IMG/VR virus record: IMGVR_UViG_3300028888_000058
Coordinates: 39,060-103,059 of that record
Strand: one strand, 5' to 3'
From: a virus
Taxonomy: Duplodnaviria > Heunggongvirae > Uroviricota > Caudoviricetes
DNA: 64,000 bases
Below are positions 20,267 to 28,615 of this stretch, one piece after another. Under the pieces are notes generated by a model. The model worked only from the letters and a program-made list of their open reading frames with translations, was not told where the DNA came from and made no database searches. Numbering within the stretch: the stretch's first letter is position 1; every line of letters starts with the position of its first letter. A program made the position numbers and the translations under genes.

Positions 20267-20758
20267 ATGTTTAATAAAATTAGAGAAAAAATTGGTAAGT
20301 TTATATTACCAAACACTGTAAGAGTAGTTGATGCTACAGATATGACTGTTGATGAATTGATGAATAATCATGTTCAAAAATTAGAACAATTACCTGAAGT
20401 ATTCACTAAAGATTTTCTTGAAGACTTGATTAAAGAATATCCTAAGTTTGATCACCCAAATATTGTAGAATCTGATGGTAAAATAAAATTTACTGATGCT
20501 AATGGAAAGACAGCACAGCTTAAAGTTCCTCTTTTGACTATTGTTCCAATACCTTATATCTCTAAAGATGAAGTAGATTTGGATCAATACATTAAAGATA
20601 ATTTTGGAGATGTTAAATACCCTAAGAGTATGGAAGACATAAAGGGAGTTAAAGTAGAAGTTCCTGCATTGAATATTGTGCCAATACCTGATATAAGTAA
20701 AGATATAGATATTTCTTTTGATAAAGAAGCTAAGAAATCTAAAGAAAATAAAAAATAA
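20267..20758 (+). CDS. Hypothetical protein preceded by an orphan CTS start module (20213-20263, MKSLKEYIKINNKNIL, then in-frame TAA)
   Basis: The motif-bearing 16-codon mini-ORF is in the same frame as the body, separated by TAA ATT. Confidence 0.45.
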   Translation: MFNKIREKIGKFILPNTVRVVDATDMTVDELMNNHVQKLEQLPEVFTKDFLEDLIKEYPKFDHPNIVESDGKIKFTDANGKTAQLKVPLLTIVPIPYISKDEVDLDQYIKDNFGDVKYPKSMEDIKGVKVEVPALNIVPIPDISKDIDISFDKEAKKSKENKK

Positions 20759-20795
20759 TCAAATAATATAATTTCAAATAATATAATTTAAGTTA

Positions 20796-20836
20796 ACCAA
20801 TTAATAAGTATTGGTTAACTTTTTTATTTTTATATA
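20796..20836 (+). terminator. Rho-independent terminator
   Basis: 10-bp stem gttaaccaat/attggttaac followed by ttttttatttt. Confidence 0.5.
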
Positions 20837-20867
20837 TAATAAAATGATAAAAAGATTTTTATAAATA

Positions 20868-22115
20868 ATGAAACATCTACGAGATTATATATTTGAAACA
20901 TCAATTAATGGATTAAAATATTTAATTATGGATTTTGAATCTTCTGAAGATGAAACATTAATGAGTGGCTCACAATTTTATGATGTGTCTAAAAAATTAC
21001 AAAAAACTATTTCAAAAGAAGATTTAAAAAAAATATTTCAATATGCAAAAGATCATAAAAATTTAAAAGAAATTAAAGCTAGACCAGAACCTTTAGTGGC
21101 TAATTATGGTAATAAACATTTAGATTTTGCATTTAGGCGTTGGGTAAAAGATGCTATATTAGATTTAAATATTATAATTCATGGATCAAAAAATATATAT
21201 CATAATACTAATTTAAAAGGTAATGGTGAATGGGTTCCTACAGCTCAAGATATGGAAGATGTTATATCAATAGGATATAATAATGTTAATAAAATTAATA
21301 AAATATCTGAATCAAAAGATGATAAAATTGAACAAATTATAAAATATTACCAAGATAATAAAGATATAATCGATATTATTGTTAAAAAAATAAAATCAGG
21401 AAATTCACCATTAGGAAAACTTCCAACTAAAGGTATTATTGCTTCAGAAAAATGGAAAACTTTAGGAAAGTTTGAAAATATTAAAAATATAAATAATACT
21501 CCTAAAACAGATATCATATCTGCAGATCATAAATTAAAAATTTCATTAAAAGAAGAAGGTGGATCACAACTTATGTCAGGAGGATATCACGAAGCTTTAG
21601 CAACAATATTATGTGCAATTGAAAAATCAAAGTGTTTAGAAGAAGCAAAAGAATTAATTGCATCATTAGATATTAAATGGTTAACAGGATTTAAAGATAT
21701 CGATGGAATTGCAAAAATAAAAAGAAATCCAAATCATAAAGATTATGAATTAATAAAAAATGCTGAAACAAATGGCAATAAAGTTCAAGAATTACTAAAT
21801 AATCTTATAAAGAATAATTCTAAATTTGAATATGAATTATTATATGAAGCAATGACAGGATTAATTAAATTTGGAGAAAGTAATCCTGCATCTGCTAATT
21901 ATATATTGGTTTGGAATGATAAAACACCAGAATCATCTAAATTTTATACTCCAGAAGAATATATTAAACATTTAAAAGAATCAAAAATTCAATATTTAAT
22001 AAATTTTAAATCTGCAAATAATAATTCTTGGCAAAATATGCGTATAATTTGTGGTAACGCAAAATCAACAGATTCAGAAAAAACAGAAATTAAACCAATA
22101 AATAAAAATGAATGA
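20868..22115 (+). CDS. CTS-tagged hypothetical protein (MKHLRDYIFE), 415 aa
   Basis: Shared motif. Overlaps the next gene by 8 nt. Confidence 0.5.
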   Translation: MKHLRDYIFETSINGLKYLIMDFESSEDETLMSGSQFYDVSKKLQKTISKEDLKKIFQYAKDHKNLKEIKARPEPLVANYGNKHLDFAFRRWVKDAILDLNIIIHGSKNIYHNTNLKGNGEWVPTAQDMEDVISIGYNNVNKINKISESKDDKIEQIIKYYQDNKDIIDIIVKKIKSGNSPLGKLPTKGIIASEKWKTLGKFENIKNINNTPKTDIISADHKLKISLKEEGGSQLMSGGYHEALATILCAIEKSKCLEEAKELIASLDIKWLTGFKDIDGIAKIKRNPNHKDYELIKNAETNGNKVQELLNNLIKNNSKFEYELLYEAMTGLIKFGESNPASANYILVWNDKTPESSKFYTPEEYIKHLKESKIQYLINFKSANNNSWQNMRIICGNAKSTDSEKTEIKPINKNE

Positions 22116-23133
22116 AAATTTAAAAGAGGTACGTATATGTCTTGGCAGGTTTCAGCCATTCACATTAGGTCATCTTAAAATGGCTACTTATAAAGATCTT
22201 AAAGGTCCAGATAAAGAACAACAAGATAAGTTAAGAGAACAACCTAATTTAGAAGATATATCTAAACAGAAGACAATCATATTAGCAATATCTACACCAG
22301 ATGATAAAGTAGATACAAGACACCCTTTTAATGATGACTTAATGAAAAAAGAATTTGAATTAGTTAAGAAAAATTATAAGGATGATATCGAAGATGTATT
22401 ATATGTTTCTTCAGCAGATATATGTGCATGGGGTGAATTAATTAAGAAATCTGGATATAAAGCTTCAGTATGGTTGACTGGTTCTGATGAATTTAGTTTC
22501 TATAAAGGAATGGCTATTAAAGTTCCAGAATATGAAGAACATAATAAAAATAATAAAGATTGCAAAGATGCATATACAAAATCGTTTTATGTTGAAGAAA
22601 TTGAAAGAACTGAAGATAAAGATTTTGTATCATCAATATCTGGTACAAAAGTTCGTCAGTCATTATTAGATGGTGATAAAGAACTATTTACAAAAATGAT
22701 GCCAAAAGGAGTCGATAGATATTTTGATGAATTTAAAGAAAAAGTTGAAAATGCTCCAGAACCTAAGAAGAAAGAATCTAAAAAATCATTAAAAAACAAA
22801 ATTAAAGAAGATATGAAATCAATTAAAGACTTTATTTTAGAATCAAAACAAAATGAAAATCAAAAAGAATTAAATAATGCTATAGACATTATAAAAACTT
22901 GTTTAGATAAAAAAGGATATAAAGAAGATGAATTTAAGATAACTAAAGTATTTGGAAACGAAATAAGAGTTTATTTTATAAAAGGTTCAAATACTCATCA
23001 TGAAGCAGTTTCTAAAATTGGTAAATATATTGATAATGAATTATATAAAGCTCATAGTAAAGTATCTCATAAGACTATGGGTAAAGGTAAAGAAGGAGAA
23101 TATTATCAAGCATTTACAATTAATATATTTTAA
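22108..23133 (+). CDS. NMN/NaMN-adenylyltransferase-like (cytidylyltransferase fold) protein fused in-frame to a CTS-tagged module that begins at the internal ATG at 22813 (MKSIKDFILESKQN...)
   Basis: GRFQPFTLGHL (HxGH-type motif) and ISGTKVRQSL (SGTxxR motif). The internal 30 nt atgaaatcaattaaagactttattttagaa are identical to the start of the next gene at 23140. Confidence 0.5.
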   Translation: MNENLKEVRICLGRFQPFTLGHLKMATYKDLKGPDKEQQDKLREQPNLEDISKQKTIILAISTPDDKVDTRHPFNDDLMKKEFELVKKNYKDDIEDVLYVSSADICAWGELIKKSGYKASVWLTGSDEFSFYKGMAIKVPEYEEHNKNNKDCKDAYTKSFYVEEIERTEDKDFVSSISGTKVRQSLLDGDKELFTKMMPKGVDRYFDEFKEKVENAPEPKKKESKKSLKNKIKEDMKSIKDFILESKQNENQKELNNAIDIIKTCLDKKGYKEDEFKITKVFGNEIRVYFIKGSNTHHEAVSKIGKYIDNELYKAHSKVSHKTMGKGKEGEYYQAFTINIF

Positions 23134-23139
23134 ATTATT

Positions 23140-23445
23140 ATGAAATCAATTAAAGACTTTATTTTAGAAAGCAAAGCACCAAATAAAATATCTGCATCAG
23201 GTAAGAAAAAATTAACAAAATATATTGATGATCTAATTAAAAATATAGATGATATATATGATTATGCAGGTATTCCTACTGATGATGCTGACCAAGTAGA
23301 TTCTGATTGTAGAGATACAATATGGAATTGGGTTAATGATGAAGGAATATGTAACTGGGATACTGAAGATAAAGAATCAGTTGGATTTATAAATGATGAA
23401 TATAATAGATTATCTAAAGCTATATGTGATAAATATAAATTATAA
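23140..23445 (+). CDS. CTS-tagged hypothetical protein (MKSIKDFILE)
   Basis: Shared motif. Confidence 0.5.
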   Translation: MKSIKDFILESKAPNKISASGKKKLTKYIDDLIKNIDDIYDYAGIPTDDADQVDSDCRDTIWNWVNDEGICNWDTEDKESVGFINDEYNRLSKAICDKYKL

Positions 23446-23447
23446 TT

Positions 23448-24332
23448 ATGAAATCATTTAAAAACTATATATTAGAATCATTAGTTATAGAAGGTGGTAA
23501 TGCAGTTAAAGCAGAACCAATTCCTGCAGTAATAGCGCCTAAGGTTTATGATGAGATTGAAAAGAAAGTTCATTCAATATCAAAGTTTAAAGATATTGAT
23601 ATGGCAGCTTTAGGTAGTATTGGCAAAAAGGCAGATGACCAGACTAATGGAGATATTGATGTTGCAGTTAAAGTCGATACTAAGGATGAACTTAATGAAA
23701 TAGTTGATACTTGCTTTGGCGACTGTGAAATCAATTATAATACAATGAAGACTATTACATCATTTGGATATCCTTATGATATAGATGGTTATAAAGGTAT
23801 TGCACAAGTTGATTTTATGATAGTTAAAAAGATGGACTGGGCTAAAGCATATTATCATTCTCCTAACTTAAAGACTGGTGAATCAAAATACAAAGGTGCT
23901 GTACGAACTGCTGCATTAAGTTGTGTCATATCTTGTTTGCCAGTTCCTGATGTAAAAGATGAATATTTTGAAGATGGTGTTACAGTTAAGAAACATTGGA
24001 AACATACATTCAATACAGAAGGTGTATTCATTCAATTGATTGATTACTGTGGAAAGAATGGTAAGCCTGTTAAGAATGGTAAGAAGATTAAAGAATTTGA
24101 AAAATTAGTCACTAATGATCCAACTAATTTAGTAAGATTCATATTTGGAGATAATGGTACTATAGAAGATATTAATTCAATTGAATCTTTATGGAAAGCT
24201 ATACATGATCCTAAGAAATTCAACTGGGGTGATGAAGTATTAGCCGCTATTGAAAAGAAAATAATTGAAGACCCTGGATTAGAAGGAAAACTTAATAAAG
24301 AAGATTTTCCATGTAAATTTTATAAAGGTTAA
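23448..24332 (+). CDS. Pol-beta-superfamily nucleotidyltransferase with a CTS tag (MKSFKNYILE)
   Basis: LGSIGKKADDQTNGDIDVAV fits the minimal NTase signature [GS]-x(9-13)-DxD. Confidence 0.55.
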   Translation: MKSFKNYILESLVIEGGNAVKAEPIPAVIAPKVYDEIEKKVHSISKFKDIDMAALGSIGKKADDQTNGDIDVAVKVDTKDELNEIVDTCFGDCEINYNTMKTITSFGYPYDIDGYKGIAQVDFMIVKKMDWAKAYYHSPNLKTGESKYKGAVRTAALSCVISCLPVPDVKDEYFEDGVTVKKHWKHTFNTEGVFIQLIDYCGKNGKPVKNGKKIKEFEKLVTNDPTNLVRFIFGDNGTIEDINSIESLWKAIHDPKKFNWGDEVLAAIEKKIIEDPGLEGKLNKEDFPCKFYKG

Positions 24333-24335
24333 ATT

Positions 24336-24947
24336 ATGAAACAAATAAATAATTTTATAAATGAGAAACTTATTATAAATAAGAATATTAAAGTTGATAA
24401 GTATCATTATCATCCTATAGATAATAAAGAATTAAAAGATCTTATTGAAAAATTAATTAAAGAACGTGGAAATGAAGCAAATTTGAATGATATTGATACA
24501 TCACAGATAACAGACATGTCAAATTTATTTGAAGATTCAGATTTTAATGGAGATATATCAAAATGGGATATAAGTAATGTCAAAGATATGTCAGGTATAT
24601 TTCTTAATTCTGATTTTAACGGTGATATATCTGAATGGGATGTAAGTAATGTTAAAAATATGTTATTTATGTTTAATAGTTCTAAATTTGATGGAGATTT
24701 AAGTAAATGGGATGTAAGTAATGTTACAAATATGGCATCAATGTTTGCTGAATCTAAATTTACTGGTAAAAATGGAGATATATCTAATTGGGATGTAAGT
24801 AATGTTGAATTTATGTCATATATGTTTAATGATTCTAAGTTCAGTGGAAACATTTCTAAATGGAATATAAGTCGCGATACAAATATATATAAAATGTTTA
24901 AAGGTTCTCCATTAGAAAAGAATCCACCTAAATGGTACAAGAAATAA
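24336..24947 (+). CDS. DUF285-type (Mycoplasma/Listeria-type) 26-residue-repeat protein with a CTS tag (MKQINNFINE)
   Basis: Five tandem repeats of the form GDISxWDVSNVxNMxxMFxxSxF. Confidence 0.55.
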   Translation: MKQINNFINEKLIINKNIKVDKYHYHPIDNKELKDLIEKLIKERGNEANLNDIDTSQITDMSNLFEDSDFNGDISKWDISNVKDMSGIFLNSDFNGDISEWDVSNVKNMLFMFNSSKFDGDLSKWDVSNVTNMASMFAESKFTGKNGDISNWDVSNVEFMSYMFNDSKFSGNISKWNISRDTNIYKMFKGSPLEKNPPKWYKK

Positions 24948-24980
24948 TAAAAAATATTATAAAGATAATTTGATAATTAA

Positions 24981-26447
24981 ATGGAACATTTAATAGATAG
25001 ATATTTAAAGAAGCCTGAAGTAGTTAAAGATTTATTTACAAAAGAAGTAAGTATATCTTTAAAAGTTGATGGCGCTGCATTTCAGATATCTTATGATAAA
25101 GAAAATGATAATATAACATATCATAAGCGTGGTGGTTCTTCAAAATCATTAGGTCCTATTATTGATGAATATACTCAATTAATGAGAAAGAACATTAATG
25201 ATGCTATTGATTATTTTGAATCTAAAAAGGAAGCTGTTAAGAAGTATAAATTTTATGCTATTGAAATGTTCAACGATTCTTATATTCTTTTGACTGTTAT
25301 AGATAATGATAATAATATAATAGATGATAGAAATAAGTTAGAAGAAATATCAAAATCATTAGGCATAGATTGTGTTCCTATATTATTTGAAGGTAAATTA
25401 AATAAAGAACAGATTGAATCATTAATGTCAATGATGACATTAGAATCAGAAACTTCTAATGATGTATATAAAGAATATCTTACTAATATATTTGGTAAAG
25501 GTGACTATCAGAAATTTTTAGTCGGAGATGAAGTTGAAGGTATTGTATTGACATGGAATATAGATAATGCAATATCGCAGTATAAGATAATTAATCCTGC
25601 ATTTAAGACTCGTCATGATAAAGAAATCAAACAAGGAAATGAAGATTATAAGAAAGAAATAGAAGAATACATTAACTTATATGAATTGATATATGAAACT
25701 ATTAATAAAATTGGCAAACATGAGAATGATAATTGGATTAAGAATTTAGATGCTAATTTTATTAATATGATTAATAATGAAGAATTCAAATCTAAATATG
25801 AAGATATAATAGATACATTACAACCTAAGTTTAAAGATTTCTTTACATTACAGATTAATAAAGCATCTAAAGAAATACAAGATATCATCAAAGAGTATGG
25901 TGACAATATGAAGTTCTTATATGAAAAATATTTACAAGTATTTTTCAAACAAAAGAAACGTAACTATTTTATATCTAAAGAATTCCAATTAAATGTCAAT
26001 AAAGTAATCGAAAGACTTCAAAAAATAAATGAATCTAAACTTTCTCAATATATGAGAAGAAACATTAAATCATTTGGTGAATATTTTATTGATGAAAAAT
26101 TAAAAATTAATAAAGATACAAAAATTAATACAGTAGTATATTCAACAAATACTGGTAAGAAAATAGAAGTCATTAAAAAAGTTGCTGAAGATACTGAATC
26201 ATGGAAAAAATTTGAAAGTTTTGTACTTCAATTACGTCGTTTTAATTTAATGAAATATAGTAGAATACTTGTTTGTAATATTGAAGATGACAAATGGGTA
26301 ACAAATACAAAACAAAGTTATTCAATAAATGATTATCAACCAAATTATAGATATCTTTATTCGAGTCAGAAAAATTATTATACATATAAACAAGTAATTG
26401 AAATGCTTGAAAGCGGCAAACACATAATTATATTAGCAGGTAAATAA
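24981..26447 (+). CDS. ATP-dependent polynucleotide (probably RNA) ligase-like nucleotidyltransferase
   Basis: Motif I SLKVDGAAF (KxDG) and motif IV-like VEGIVLTW. Context includes the Pnk kinase and phosphatase. Confidence 0.45.
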   Translation: MEHLIDRYLKKPEVVKDLFTKEVSISLKVDGAAFQISYDKENDNITYHKRGGSSKSLGPIIDEYTQLMRKNINDAIDYFESKKEAVKKYKFYAIEMFNDSYILLTVIDNDNNIIDDRNKLEEISKSLGIDCVPILFEGKLNKEQIESLMSMMTLESETSNDVYKEYLTNIFGKGDYQKFLVGDEVEGIVLTWNIDNAISQYKIINPAFKTRHDKEIKQGNEDYKKEIEEYINLYELIYETINKIGKHENDNWIKNLDANFINMINNEEFKSKYEDIIDTLQPKFKDFFTLQINKASKEIQDIIKEYGDNMKFLYEKYLQVFFKQKKRNYFISKEFQLNVNKVIERLQKINESKLSQYMRRNIKSFGEYFIDEKLKINKDTKINTVVYSTNTGKKIEVIKKVAEDTESWKKFESFVLQLRRFNLMKYSRILVCNIEDDKWVTNTKQSYSINDYQPNYRYLYSSQKNYYTYKQVIEMLESGKHIIILAGK

Positions 26448-26450
26448 ATT

Positions 26451-26786
26451 ATGAAATCAATTAATGAATATATTTATGAATCTCAAAATACATATTTTTC
26501 CGAACAAGAAATTGGAAAGATTATGAAAGATATGTGGAATAAGAATGGCATCTTTTATAAGTTCATTAAAGATAAAGTAGATTCATTAAAAGCGGCTGAC
26601 ATAAATGATTATTTAGATCAATGTTTAGATGATAATAGATGTACAGCAGAATTTGCAGCATATATAGAAATGGTTATTGGACGTCATAATTTTAGTTTAG
26701 AACAAGTTCAGAAATTTATAAATACAAATGATTTAAAGGATGAAGAACCTAAAAGACATTATATCAGAGAAACTTATAATCAATAA
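26451..26786 (+). CDS. CTS-tagged hypothetical protein (MKSINEYIYE)
   Basis: Shared motif. Confidence 0.5.
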   Translation: MKSINEYIYESQNTYFSEQEIGKIMKDMWNKNGIFYKFIKDKVDSLKAADINDYLDQCLDDNRCTAEFAAYIEMVIGRHNFSLEQVQKFINTNDLKDEEPKRHYIRETYNQ

Positions 26787-27162
26787 GAATACTAAAGTTG
26801 AATCTTATAAGGATATTGATTATGATAATCCTGAAGATATATGTAATATTTATAAAGCTGCAGTTATATCTATAATGAAAAATTCTTCTTATATAGAAGG
26901 CCCAACATTTAAAAAGACATTAGTTAGAATTCAATATAACGACATTATAGATATTCTTAATGATGTTTTTGAATATAAGAATATTGATTATGATGAAGGC
27001 AAAATTAAAAAAGGTAATGTTTGGAGAATAATAAGTAATGATAAAAAGGCAATTCAAAATATTATAAATGGATATACTATAACACTTAAATATGATAGAA
27101 ATATTAAATTATCATATAAAGAATTATTTGAAAAATACAAAGATATTATCAATAAGAAATGA
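26740..27162 (+). CDS. CTS-tagged hypothetical protein (MKNLKDIISE); overlaps the previous gene by 47 nt
   Basis: Shared motif. Confidence 0.45.
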   Translation: MKNLKDIISEKLIINKNTKVESYKDIDYDNPEDICNIYKAAVISIMKNSSYIEGPTFKKTLVRIQYNDIIDILNDVFEYKNIDYDEGKIKKGNVWRIISNDKKAIQNIINGYTITLKYDRNIKLSYKELFEKYKDIINKK

Positions 27163-27683
27163 AATCAATTTTAACATACATAAAAGAATCATTAAATATA
27201 TTTGAAAAACAAAATCCTTTTAATGTTTGGATAATGGTTGGTCTTCCAGGTTCAGGTAAGTCTACATATATTAAAGAAGAACTTCCAAAAAATATTGAAA
27301 TTATTAATCAAGATTCAATAAGAGTTGAACTTGGAATTATGAAAGATGATGATCATAAAGCTATAGGTGATAAAGAACAAGAAAAGGAAGTGACTAGAAT
27401 TAATGATGAACGTATTAATGAACTTATAAGACAACGCAAAGATTTTGTTATTGATAATACAAATGTTAAAGCAGGACGTGTTGAAAACTATTATAGTAAG
27501 TTAAATAAAGCTGGTGCTAATGTTAAGATAGTCATTATAGATACTCCTAAAGATGTTTGCAAGAAACGTAGAAATGATTGCATACCTGAGAAAGTAATTG
27601 ATGATATGGAATTAGGAATCAATAAAGTTAAGAAAATATTTAAAGACAATAAAGATACTATCATTATAACAGATAGATACTAA
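27159..27683 (+). CDS. Polynucleotide 5'-kinase (T4 Pnk kinase-domain-like) with a CTS tag (MKSILTYIKE)
   Basis: Walker A IMVGLPGSGKST. VIDNTNVKAGRVENYY aligns with T4 Pnk IISDTNLNPERR. C-terminal region resembles Pnk. Confidence 0.6.
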   Translation: MKSILTYIKESLNIFEKQNPFNVWIMVGLPGSGKSTYIKEELPKNIEIINQDSIRVELGIMKDDDHKAIGDKEQEKEVTRINDERINELIRQRKDFVIDNTNVKAGRVENYYSKLNKAGANVKIVIIDTPKDVCKKRRNDCIPEKVIDDMELGINKVKKIFKDNKDTIIITDRY

Positions 27684-27715
27684 ATATTTATTTTAAAAAA
27701 CATATATAAGTAATA

Positions 27716-28081
27716 ATGAAAGATTTAAATAACTATATAGTTGAACGCGGAGCTGCGCCAGGATTAGGTGATAGAAAACCTTTGCATAGAAATCCTGCAG
27801 TAAATATGATACAATCAATTTTAGATGAATTATCTAAACATAATGATTGTAAATATGATAAAGAAAAAGATGCATGGTCTGGTAAAGACGCAGATCTTTG
27901 GAAAGGTGCAGGACAGTTCTTATTTGATTATGTACAAGAATTAAATCAAAAGGATTTTGAAGAAATTGTTGATCATTTTGGTTGGAAGCAATTTATACCT
28001 GATGTAAATGACATACATCCTTCAGAAATATCAATGTGTGTAGCATTAATATTGAATTCAAATAAACAAAAAGAAAGTTAA
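27716..28081 (+). CDS. CTS-tagged hypothetical protein (MKDLNNYIVE)
   Basis: Shared motif. Confidence 0.5.
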   Translation: MKDLNNYIVERGAAPGLGDRKPLHRNPAVNMIQSILDELSKHNDCKYDKEKDAWSGKDADLWKGAGQFLFDYVQELNQKDFEEIVDHFGWKQFIPDVNDIHPSEISMCVALILNSNKQKES

Positions 28082-28101
28082 ATTTTAAATAATATTTAAA
28101 T

Positions 28102-28216
28102 TTTTAGCTCAGAATATTGAATTATAAATATTATTCAAAATTTTAGCTCAGAATATTGAATTATAAATATTATTCAAAATTTTAGCTCAGAATATTGAAT
28201 TATTCTGAGCTTTTAC
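28102..28216. repeat. Tandem 39-bp repeat (2.5 copies of ttttagctcagaatattgaattataaatattattcaaaa); the last copy is converted into an 11-bp-stem hairpin plus T-run
   Basis: Read directly. Each full copy contains TATAAATA (about 28123-28130 and 28162-28169). Hairpin agctcagaata-ttgaat-tattctgagct, then ttttac. Confidence 0.65.
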
Positions 28217-28259
28217 TATATTATATACAAATAATAATTAATTTAAATATTCAAATAAA

Positions 28260-28517
28260 ATGAAGCAGACAAACAATTTCAATTTCGAGAAGTTCAAGAA
28301 TGGTGGTAATGCAACAACCAAGTTGGGTAATCCTGTTAAGTTCATTACAATGTGTTCTGACGGTCGCATGCTGGTACAGGTAACTCCACGAAACCGTATT
28401 GGTGAGCAGGGAACTCTCAAGTATGTCGCACCTGCAATGCCTTACACAGATAAGTACCATGTAACTGGTAAGAAGTATAACAATACTGATTCTGAGTTTG
28501 ATATTGTAATGGGATAA
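28260..28517 (+). CDS. Hypothetical small protein with GC-richer codon usage, like the virion genes
   Basis: ORF with markedly more G/C in third codon positions than its neighbours. Confidence 0.5.
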   Translation: MKQTNNFNFEKFKNGGNATTKLGNPVKFITMCSDGRMLVQVTPRNRIGEQGTLKYVAPAMPYTDKYHVTGKKYNNTDSEFDIVMG

Positions 28518-28544
28518 TATAATCAAATATATATAAAGGAGTAC

Positions 28545-28572
28545 TAAAATATTTTAGTACTCTTTTTTGAAT
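28545..28572 (+). terminator. Rho-independent terminator
   Basis: gagtactaaaatattttagtactc followed by ttttttg. Confidence 0.55.
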
Positions 28573-28615
28573 ATTATTTATTTTATTCTATATTATAATA
28601 TCAAACAAATAAAAT

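Noticed and set aside
22108-23133. Programmed ribosomal frameshift to explain the NMNAT plus CTS-module fusion
   Set aside because: Both parts are in the same frame with no intervening stop. No frameshift is needed.
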